From IMG/VR virus record IMGVR_UViG_3300031857_000002, positions 186,001 to 250,000 of that record: 64,000 nucleotides of DNA. One strand, 5' to 3'. The notes under the pieces were generated by a model. The model ran no database searches. It saw nothing but the letters and a program-made list of their open reading frames with translations, and was not told where the DNA came from. The position numbers and the translations under genes are program-made. How positions within the stretch are numbered: position 1 is the stretch's first letter; each line of letters starts with the position of its first letter. This document shows, in pieces, positions 17,667 through 25,708 of the stretch.

Positions 17667-18724
17667 TAGTATACAAATAAATTCTGGTCACCCCGCTCGG
17701 GAAATAAATCAACTCTACTGTCATTGCGACGTATGTCCAAGGTTAGACAGTGCAGTCCACCGTCCCAGAATGTTCTTGTTCTAAATGGCATGGGGTGTGC
17801 GGTAATGCCATGCTGTTCTAGCGCACGAAATACACCTTCATTTTCCCCTACCATTAGCACGTTCTTTTCATCAATCACAAGACAGTTTAGTTCAAAGTAG
17901 GTTTCTGTGTAGTCGCCTACCCAGTCTTGTGCGTGTTTTATCACATGATCGTTAAATTTTGCCGAATTTGATACTCCGGGCAGCCACCATTTGCCGTTGT
18001 GCCATGGCCCTGTTCTACTGGATTTTTTTTTGTGGCGTAGAAATTCTGGTTGGTTTATGTTTATTTTTTCCCAGCCAGGGAATGTACGATCGTAATCGTC
18101 AAAGTACTCGCTGGTCAGTAATAATCCAGGCTTGAGCACAGCAAAACATCCATCCACATGTCCGCCATTGTTTAACATATGCAACCGATAATCTTTAAAA
18201 GTTTTTTGTATATATTCAACGTCTACATGCTCGTTGTGCCAATAACTGTCTAGGTAAAAGTCGCGACCCACACGTACAGTATTGGCACCGTTGATATGCC
18301 CGGCTCCAGGAATGTTTGGTCGATCAACTATGCGGCTGCCAAGGTCCTTGACATAGTCAGCAACAGCATCAGCCCAGGCTCTGTGATCCCAGGTTGCTCC
18401 AAACAATGTGTTGCCAAACACCAGGAAATGATCACGTGGTGTAATCATGGGCTTGCATAGTTGCCCTGCACTAGTGGGATGACCTTGCGGCATCAAAAAA
18501 TCTTCAATACGATCGTAACGGGGTCTGCGAACTTGCACACCGTGTTCTTCTAGTTTGCGTTGTATTACTGCAAGATCCTCTTGAGTCTTTTGAGTAATTT
18601 CATAAAAGATATCCTGTACTTCTGACTCTAGATGATCATAAAAATGTGCTGGATAACAGTTGCCCAACCATACTTCTTCAAGTCGGCCCCAGTTGGTGAA
18701 ACTGTTTATCTTTGGCAGCGTCAT
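17666..18724 (-). CDS. Amidinotransferase (glycine/inosamine-phosphate amidinotransferase family)
   Basis: NSFTNWGRLEEVWLG, ITPRD, GHVDG, FWDGGLHCLTLDIRR (catalytic Cys). Confidence 0.88.
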   Translation of the reverse strand: MTLPKINSFTNWGRLEEVWLGNCYPAHFYDHLESEVQDIFYEITQKTQEDLAVIQRKLEEHGVQVRRPRYDRIEDFLMPQGHPTSAGQLCKPMITPRDHFLVFGNTLFGATWDHRAWADAVADYVKDLGSRIVDRPNIPGAGHINGANTVRVGRDFYLDSYWHNEHVDVEYIQKTFKDYRLHMLNNGGHVDGCFAVLKPGLLLTSEYFDDYDRTFPGWEKININQPEFLRHKKKSSRTGPWHNGKWWLPGVSNSAKFNDHVIKHAQDWVGDYTETYFELNCLVIDEKNVLMVGENEGVFRALEQHGITAHPMPFRTRTFWDGGLHCLTLDIRRNDSRVDLFPERGDQNLFVY

Positions 18725-19515
18725 TCTAATCCCAGTTCTTTTCTAATAGCAGTGGCCGAAATTGAATGAGTTGCAGAATCAAATGATTCTTGTTCTATCT
18801 TGTAGCCCACGTCTCGACCGTAGGTGATATTTACTATGTTGGGCACAACTTGTATTTCGTATTGACCTTGATATAACATGTCTAGATCTCTACGTATATA
18901 ATTCCTCACCTGTTCTATAGCAAAGGGATTTGATCCTTGCCAGCCTTGACAATCTCTAATTTGAATTACCACTTGACCTGTTTTTGCAATGGCACGTTCA
19001 AACAACTTGCGATGTCCTGCATGCCATGGTTGCCAACGACCTAGCATTTGCACAGTTTCTTTCTGCCAATCGAATACAGGGCGTCTGCGATTATCTAAGA
19101 TATGTGCGGCCACAAACTCGCCCCACTTCTCACCATGCTGTTCAGTGATGCGGAAATCATATTGCTCAGGCGGAACGAATGCTTTATTAGTATCTTCGTA
19201 GCGGCCCTGATCAATGGTGTCAACCCATATGGTCCAGTCTGCTTTGAAATTGTTGCGCATGTCAACCAAGGGAGCCACAAAGTCACAGATCACATAGTCT
19301 ACATCTGTCATTGCATCTGCCAGTTCGCGCATACGTAAACTCTGACGTATACGGCCTGCTTCACTGAAATCCCAGTCGTTGTATTTTTTACGTACATCGT
19401 CGGCATTTAACCAACCCACACGTTTCTTTTCTGCTTGCAAGTGGTCTACAATGTGTTGTGCCAGGTATGTTTTGCCGGCCCCTGGCAGGCCCATGATTAA
19501 AATACGTTGTGTCAT
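18721..19515 (-). CDS. cysC: Adenylylsulfate kinase (CysC-like) fused to a C-terminal HxGH nucleotidyltransferase domain
   Basis: GLPGAGKT P-loop, LNADDVRK, DFSEAGRIRQ, ICDFVAP; then GRWQPWHAGH. Confidence 0.8.
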   Translation of the reverse strand: MTQRILIMGLPGAGKTYLAQHIVDHLQAEKKRVGWLNADDVRKKYNDWDFSEAGRIRQSLRMRELADAMTDVDYVICDFVAPLVDMRNNFKADWTIWVDTIDQGRYEDTNKAFVPPEQYDFRITEQHGEKWGEFVAAHILDNRRRPVFDWQKETVQMLGRWQPWHAGHRKLFERAIAKTGQVVIQIRDCQGWQGSNPFAIEQVRNYIRRDLDMLYQGQYEIQVVPNIVNITYGRDVGYKIEQESFDSATHSISATAIRKELGLE

Positions 19516-19520
19516 GCTAT

Positions 19521-19533
19521 TATTTACTAAGTA
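19521..19533. promoter_or_regulatory. Back-to-back TAAATA (minus) / TAAGTA (plus) late-type promoter pair
   Basis: Sequence CAT-gctat-TATTTA-c-TAAGTA-atttt-ATG; each motif is 5 nt from a divergent start codon. Confidence 0.55.
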
Positions 19534-19538
19534 ATTTT

Positions 19539-20666
19539 ATGAATGTATTAATTTTAACTCCGGACCGCGTTGGCAGCACTTTATTACAACGTGTGATCAC
19601 TGTGTACATGCAATCGCACACTTACAATCGCCCTGTGATTAACTTACACGAACTCACAAACGGATTAATGAAATACTACAGTCCTGTGTTCAATCAAGAA
19701 GTGCTGGGCAAACCAACTGACCGTCCTTGGGGATATTACCAGTCACTCGACGAAATACTGGAGCATTTAAACAGCACAGATCACTACAAGACCGCACGAT
19801 TGGCACATTATCATATTTTAAATCGTCAAGATCCATTGGCTAATCAGGTGCCTTTTTATCAATACCTAAATGATAACTTTTTTATAATCAGCGCCCAAAG
19901 GAAAAATCTACTAGAACATGCACTAAGTTGGTGTATTCAAGGACATTCAAAAAAGTTAAATGTTTACACACATCAAGAAAAGATTGATACATTTGCTGAC
20001 ATATATCAAAATAGAATCACAGTTGATGTGAATGTAATGATAACGTATCTCAACAAGTATGTGAACTACTTGAACTGGGTTGACAATCATTTTACAGTGA
20101 ATTCATACTTTGAATATGAAACACACATGCCTAAAATTGAAGAATATATACTGGGTTTGGATATATTTGGTGGACAACAAAAAAAATCATGGCATGACAC
20201 GTTTGGCATTGAGTTTCAAGACTGGAATCGATATCATTATCTTGCCAGTGACATGAGCGGCATAAGCAAACAGTTACCAAGTCCAGACAACTTAAAAATC
20301 ACGTTTGATTCTCAAGACCAGTTGGACAGTGTAGATCTAGTACCTGTGTTTAATAAAAATGCAATTCATAATAGTCTAAGCATTGGCGACAAACAGTTTT
20401 TAAAACAACATACTAGCAAATACATCAGCAGTTACAAAGCAATTGATGAGTTGGTTCAGCATAAGATAATGGTCACAGGCATTCCCATTAAACTGCAAAC
20501 CATGATGGAAAAAAGCCGACTGATACGCAATTTTGATCAATGCGCAGAAGCATACAATGACTGGGTCAAGCAACGTGGAATAGGCGATCCTTATACCAAT
20601 ACTGATATCAAGAAAATTGCACTAGATGAAATTAGCACCTGGCATTCGATGCCAAGGCTGGAATAA
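19539..20666 (+). CDS. Sulfotransferase-like protein
   Basis: TPDRVGSTLLQR (5'-PSB-like loop) and RKNLLEHALSW (3'-PB-like); start reassigned to MNVLIL. Confidence 0.55.
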   Translation: MNVLILTPDRVGSTLLQRVITVYMQSHTYNRPVINLHELTNGLMKYYSPVFNQEVLGKPTDRPWGYYQSLDEILEHLNSTDHYKTARLAHYHILNRQDPLANQVPFYQYLNDNFFIISAQRKNLLEHALSWCIQGHSKKLNVYTHQEKIDTFADIYQNRITVDVNVMITYLNKYVNYLNWVDNHFTVNSYFEYETHMPKIEEYILGLDIFGGQQKKSWHDTFGIEFQDWNRYHYLASDMSGISKQLPSPDNLKITFDSQDQLDSVDLVPVFNKNAIHNSLSIGDKQFLKQHTSKYISSYKAIDELVQHKIMVTGIPIKLQTMMEKSRLIRNFDQCAEAYNDWVKQRGIGDPYTNTDIKKIALDEISTWHSMPRLE

Positions 20667-21480
20667 TTTCGCATACTAACGCATTGCTAGTAAGAATATC
20701 ATAATGAAATCCATCACGAGCATAATCCAATTGCTCTGTCTGGATCACATTATCAAAATCTAGATTGTCCCCAGCTGGTGCCCAGGACGGAATAGCTGAA
20801 TGTACAATATTTCCCTGTAGTTGTTGCATGCACAATCGAGTATTAATAATGTCCTCGTCAGTGGTAGAATTAATGTGTTCTAACCTTAGTTCTTCACTAG
20901 ATGGGTCGATGCTTGACCAATCATGCAACTGCTTTATTTCTGTCTTTATCCAGGCCGGCAAATTATCAAAATCCTGAATACTTTTACAATCCGGCCAACT
21001 TACATCTTGTACAGATTTATAAAAATTTAAAAATCTTTCATTTAAAATGATGCTTGTGTCAAACTCTCGACGATGCATATAACTCCATTGGACTACTATA
21101 TTAGCCTGAGGAAACTGCGTTAAAATTGCAACTGCAATCCTGGCAATCCAGTTATTACTTGCTCCATCCATGCTGACATTTATTACACGACGCCTTAGGC
21201 GTTGCTGTAGCATATAAGGCCAGGTATGTTCAAGTGGGCTGCCTAGTCCCACAGTAAAACTATCTCCAACGCACCATATCACATCAGACAAATCATCAGG
21301 CCACTCTGCATCTCTAAATCCGCGACTGTTATAATGATATTCAACCTTGTGCGGGTACGACAAAAAATGTTCACGATTCAAGCACAACTCAAGACTATCC
21401 ATGCCTGACTCTAGCCAATGCTGGTTGACTCTTGACGGCAAATATAATTCAGGTAATAGACTTGGTTTTGTTATCGCCAT
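20632..21480 (-). CDS. SGNH/GDSL-like hydrolase-fold protein
   Basis: YNSRGFR, CVGDSFTVG, NVSMDGASN, C-terminal DGFH. Confidence 0.6.
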   Translation of the reverse strand: MAITKPSLLPELYLPSRVNQHWLESGMDSLELCLNREHFLSYPHKVEYHYNSRGFRDAEWPDDLSDVIWCVGDSFTVGLGSPLEHTWPYMLQQRLRRRVINVSMDGASNNWIARIAVAILTQFPQANIVVQWSYMHRREFDTSIILNERFLNFYKSVQDVSWPDCKSIQDFDNLPAWIKTEIKQLHDWSSIDPSSEELRLEHINSTTDEDIINTRLCMQQLQGNIVHSAIPSWAPAGDNLDFDNVIQTEQLDYARDGFHYDILTSNALVCEIIPALASNARC

Positions 21481-21482
21481 TT

Positions 21483-22127
21483 TTATAATGTGCTTAAAAA
21501 TAGTTTTGTCTTGTCAGTAATAATTCCAGTGATCTGCAGAGTGGCTCGGGGCACATGTCCTGCATTGGCGGTGGCGTGCGGTACGTTGATCCAGTCAAAA
21601 GTGCTGACATCCCCGGCCTGCCACCCTGTCCATGCATAGTTGCCATAACTCCAGAAATGTCCCTGCTGCCAGTCTGTGAGCTGTACAAAATAACGCACAA
21701 CCTGAGAAGGGTCAGTAGGCATCCATTTTTCCAGCTTGTCTAAGTGTAGATTCCATACTTGCCCAGGATGTTGCACATGTATTCTAGCCATGCTTTTTTC
21801 CAGGCCAAATTGATCAGCAATGTGTTGAAACACAGGATCAAGATTGTAGTTCAAGTTAGTGACCACATAGTCACGTCCGTAACCTTGTTGCTCTAGATCG
21901 TAGTCTTCTTGATCGTATTCTTCTGTGGCACGTTTTAATGGGTCCGAGTCGCGACCACGAGTGCGCCAGGTCACAGGTGCAGATGCAGTTATAGCCGCAG
22001 ATAATTCTTCTGCCCATGTAGGTTGAATGTGTCCTAGGTGTTGTACTGTGTCCCATCGTGGATCTATTACGCTATTATCAAAATGATATTGACTTCTTTG
22101 TTGAGTTATTGCCCAAGCTGATTTCAT
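21483..22127 (-). CDS. 2OG-Fe(II) oxygenase-like (cupin) protein
   Basis: PGQVWNLHLD (HxD) and distal PHATANAG His; start MKSAWA at 22127. Confidence 0.65.
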   Translation of the reverse strand: MKSAWAITQQRSQYHFDNSVIDPRWDTVQHLGHIQPTWAEELSAAITASAPVTWRTRGRDSDPLKRATEEYDQEDYDLEQQGYGRDYVVTNLNYNLDPVFQHIADQFGLEKSMARIHVQHPGQVWNLHLDKLEKWMPTDPSQVVRYFVQLTDWQQGHFWSYGNYAWTGWQAGDVSTFDWINVPHATANAGHVPRATLQITGIITDKTKLFLSTL

Positions 22128-22744
22128 ATTACTGTTACCTTTATGTCTGACGCTGTGTAGTCTTGATAGTATTCTGTTGCTGGAACTTGAATACCAACAG
22201 TTCTGGCCAGTTGTCTGTTGGTTTCCACAACTGTGGCAGGCCATTCACGGGCCGCACGACGATTGCCCTCATTTTCTCTGCGTATGCATTCGGCCATTTG
22301 ACGCAGGTCTCGGTAATAGTCCCGGTACAATGGATATGTTATTTTAAACTCCCCACATTTGACCCACCATCCTAGGCAAGCATCATCTGTGCGATCAATC
22401 AGCACAATAGGACAATCAGGCCAGGTTTTTTTGATATAATCGATATGATATCCAAACACATGGCTTTTGATAATACGTACACCTGTGCCACTAAATGGTG
22501 CATCAAACTCTGCTTCGTTCTGTTCTCGAGTGTATTGATCCAGGTGTTCAAAATGATCACCAAATTCCATGGCTGGTCCCCAGTACACTCCCATGTGTAA
22601 CAATTCCATTGTGCCCGAAGCGTCATGACGATATGTTCTGGCTTCTGAGTAATCAGTTGAGTCTACGTCGGCGCTGTAGTAAATGTTTTTTACTACGGAA
22701 CTCCATTTAGAGCCCGGGGCTCCACTTACAAAAATATATTTCAT
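22124..22744 (-). CDS. Sulfotransferase/P-loop-like hypothetical protein
   Basis: IFVSGAPGSKWSSV, IIKSH, IVLIDR pattern; start MKYIFV at 22744. Confidence 0.5.
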   Translation of the reverse strand: MKYIFVSGAPGSKWSSVVKNIYYSADVDSTDYSEARTYRHDASGTMELLHMGVYWGPAMEFGDHFEHLDQYTREQNEAEFDAPFSGTGVRIIKSHVFGYHIDYIKKTWPDCPIVLIDRTDDACLGWWVKCGEFKITYPLYRDYYRDLRQMAECIRRENEGNRRAAREWPATVVETNRQLARTVGIQVPATEYYQDYTASDIKVTVI

Positions 22745-23700
22745 TCTGGTCGGATCCTTCTGGCAATGGGTTGCCACGTTTGTTGTAGTCGGGCCATGCT
22801 AGCACGTACACCTGCTGGCGAGTGTTCTTCAGTGGTGATGTACATCATGTTTTCTCGAAACCTTGCTCCTGCTGCTGTTGAGCGTATGGCAGGTACAAAC
22901 TGTTCAGCATACCATTTCTGTATGTCTTGTGGAGTACCTGGTGGTAGTACCATGTTCCAGCAGCCGTGTATGCTGAGTCCTGGTGCTGCCTTGCTCATTA
23001 ACGGCGCAGATTCTAATCCTGGCAAGGGTCGTGTGTCAGCGATACCAATCAACTTGAGCTTGCCTGCAATCACATGCGGATATCCCACTGCCACAGGAGT
23101 AACGCCAAATTCCACATGCCCGCCCATGACATCTAATAGTGCCTGAGCAGGACCTTTGTACATGGCTGTTTCAACTCGATCACCGCCAGCAACATTTAGC
23201 TTGTCTTTAAGATATTCCACTGCTAATTTATGACCCCCTCCGCCAATGGCTATAGTAATGGGCCTTTCTTTCTTTCTAATGGCTGCCACCAGTTCTTCGG
23301 GCGTGTTGATACGACTGCTGGGGTGTGCCCAGAATGCTAGTGGACTACGTGCAATATTAGCAATGGGTTCTAGATCCATGGGATTATATTTAATTACCTT
23401 AGGATACCATACTTCAGGAGTGACCCAATTTGACTGACACGCAGGCACCGCAATAGTGTGTCCGTCTGCAGGTGTAGTCACAAAGTGATTGATAGCAATG
23501 TTGCCATCAGCACCCGGTCTGTGTTCAGACACAAATTTGGCACCGGTTGACTTTTCTACAATATCTGCTACAATACGAAATGATATTTCATTTCCGGCAC
23601 CTGGTCCATTGGGGAATATAACAGTGACAGGTTTGGTGGGTTGCCAGGCCCAGGCTGATGAGGCAAACAAGGCCACGGCAAGAAATTTTAGTGTACGCAT
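22741..23700 (-). CDS. Bug/TctC tripartite tricarboxylate transporter substrate-binding protein
   Basis: Signal peptide, KPVTVIFPNGPG, EHRPGADGNIA, MYKGPAQALLDVMGGHVE, LPPGTP. Confidence 0.88.
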   Translation of the reverse strand: MRTLKFLAVALFASSAWAWQPTKPVTVIFPNGPGAGNEISFRIVADIVEKSTGAKFVSEHRPGADGNIAINHFVTTPADGHTIAVPACQSNWVTPEVWYPKVIKYNPMDLEPIANIARSPLAFWAHPSSRINTPEELVAAIRKKERPITIAIGGGGHKLAVEYLKDKLNVAGGDRVETAMYKGPAQALLDVMGGHVEFGVTPVAVGYPHVIAGKLKLIGIADTRPLPGLESAPLMSKAAPGLSIHGCWNMVLPPGTPQDIQKWYAEQFVPAIRSTAAGARFRENMMYITTEEHSPAGVRASMARLQQTWQPIARRIRPE

Positions 23701-23751
23701 AAGACTCCTTTAAATACATTATAAATTCTAAGTTATATATCAAAATTTACT

Positions 23752-24480
23752 ATGAACACAAAAATTTTCAACCTTTTACAAAAAAATCTACAACTTGCGT
23801 TTAATTTACCCAAGTACGCCGCAATCACAATTGACGCAGATACCAATGTACACAGCCTGCCCTGGACTCCTGCTCGCTACAGCAAGTTCAAAGACGCTGT
23901 GGAAGCAGAACTCAGTCTGCCTTGTGAGTATCGTGGCACCTTGCGAGAGATTGCGGATGACCTTAGTGAACGCTACACACATAGATTCTTTGCGGAAATA
24001 TGGAAGCCAAGAACAGGCGACTATGAACACACAGGCTGGGAACTAGCTGAAGAAATCAACAAACTGAACCCGGAACGTGTGCTTGATGTGGGCTGTGGCT
24101 ATCATCCTTTTAAAGGGCGCATTCACAATCTTGTAGGAATTGATCCTTACAATAACTGCGCAGATTATGAAGTAGACATCTTAGACTACAAGGTAAAACC
24201 ACAATCGCACGATGTGATCATTGCCCTGGGATCAATTAACTTTAATTCACGAGACGAAATCGAATCACGTTTTGCACACTGTGTTTCATTACTAAAGCCT
24301 GGCGGTAAATTCTTTTTGCGAGCCAATCCTGGCATTACCCACAAGACAGGACCTTATGTGGAGATCTTTTCGTGGACTTTTGAAGTTGTGAATGAATTTG
24401 CAGAAACATACAATTTAAATCTAGACACCTTTAAGAAAGATGCCAATGACCGATTGTATTTTGTGTATACTAAACGCTAG
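23752..24480 (+). CDS. Class I SAM-dependent methyltransferase with extra N-terminal domain
   Basis: VLDVGCG motif I, VGIDP, LKPGGKFF. Confidence 0.8.
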   Translation: MNTKIFNLLQKNLQLAFNLPKYAAITIDADTNVHSLPWTPARYSKFKDAVEAELSLPCEYRGTLREIADDLSERYTHRFFAEIWKPRTGDYEHTGWELAEEINKLNPERVLDVGCGYHPFKGRIHNLVGIDPYNNCADYEVDILDYKVKPQSHDVIIALGSINFNSRDEIESRFAHCVSLLKPGGKFFLRANPGITHKTGPYVEIFSWTFEVVNEFAETYNLNLDTFKKDANDRLYFVYTKR

Positions 24481-25357
24481 GAACCCAAGGTTCAGAATCA
24501 CAGCGTAGCAGTGCTTGTTGTATCACGGGCTGTGCATCCACTGTGCTCAAGGCAATGAATTCATCAATGGGCATTTTGAGATAGCGTTCGGCCATGGACA
24601 CATTGCGGTCATGATACTGTTGCATCATACTCACAAGATGCTGGGACGAGTCATAATCAATACCAAAGTGCTGGCACACACGAGCATGCTCTGATTCGCT
24701 GTCTCCAAACATCAATTCAGACAGATCAATGTTGAATAGTGATTGGTAGTCCAGTGGCAAAAACCAGTGCTGATACTCGTTCTGTATCCTGTTGATTACC
24801 GGGATATTTTCCTTGTGGTCACGCCAGGAGTCAACCTCAAATTGATAAAACCATTCTCGTCCGTTGATGTAGTGTTTAAAATTTTCCACGGTGTCATGGT
24901 CTTGATCAAATTGACTTGACAAGTGCTGTGCCCATCCTGATTCTGGGGCAGATGGCAAGTATCTTTCCACGGTAAATCTAAAAAGACGCATTTTGAGCCA
25001 CATCAGTACAAAAAAGAATTTCTTATGTTCGTCAGCACAGGTTATAAAGGCTTTTTGTGCTGGGTCGGCAAACACAATGCCCGAAAATGATCTATTGTCA
25101 GACTGTAAATTGCGTTGGCAGTAAGGGTGAGTGATCAGAAACAACTTGCGGTCTGTGCCCTTGGGAGAAAATTCAAATGTGTTGTTTAGTATATGAACGT
25201 ATCTGTTGTTCTTTAGTTGTTTCACAGTAGAAGGTATGCAGCCAGGATGTTGACTCAGCCAGTAGGCCATGAACTCTCCGCCAAACCCTCCAGGATAAAT
25301 CAACAAATATGCCGATTCAGGACGCACCAGTTGCGTGGTCAATTTCTGATCTAACAT
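24470..25357 (-). CDS. Hypothetical (PGGFGG-F family)
   Basis: LLIYPGGFGGEFMAYWL near the N-terminus. Confidence 0.5.
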   Translation of the reverse strand: MLDQKLTTQLVRPESAYLLIYPGGFGGEFMAYWLSQHPGCIPSTVKQLKNNRYVHILNNTFEFSPKGTDRKLFLITHPYCQRNLQSDNRSFSGIVFADPAQKAFITCADEHKKFFFVLMWLKMRLFRFTVERYLPSAPESGWAQHLSSQFDQDHDTVENFKHYINGREWFYQFEVDSWRDHKENIPVINRIQNEYQHWFLPLDYQSLFNIDLSELMFGDSESEHARVCQHFGIDYDSSQHLVSMMQQYHDRNVSMAERYLKMPIDEFIALSTVDAQPVIQQALLRCDSEPWVPSV

Positions 25358-25360
25358 GTA

Positions 25361-25708
25361 TCATTTGCCAGCGGCCCGTAAATTAGCGCCGTTGTTGAAG
25401 CTGGGGCTGTAAGGACTGTTGCCCTGTATGTTGCCTTTACGTGCTGACCATTCATAGCCTGCACGATGCCCTGAACAGTCCTTGGTACAGGGCGAGCCCA
25501 GGAAGCTGAGTTCATCCAGCTGTTCTTCCTGTAGCTTGGGACGTATTTCTACTATGGTGGCATTGTGATAGTCAGCCCAGGCACGTGCGGCTGTTTCACT
25601 AGGAAACGTTCTACGCCACTGTTCACGCTGATCTCTGCGGTTGTACGCATACCCCCAGGCTTCTACAGGCGTGCCGGCAATTTCTTCAAACAGCATCAGC
25701 AGTTCCAT
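25361..25708 (-). CDS. Hypothetical, probable internal head protein
   Basis: LQE/LDE sites and CTKDCSGHRAGYEW module. Confidence 0.55.
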   Translation of the reverse strand: MELLMLFEEIAGTPVEAWGYAYNRRDQREQWRRTFPSETAARAWADYHNATIVEIRPKLQEEQLDELSFLGSPCTKDCSGHRAGYEWSARKGNIQGNSPYSPSFNNGANLRAAGK

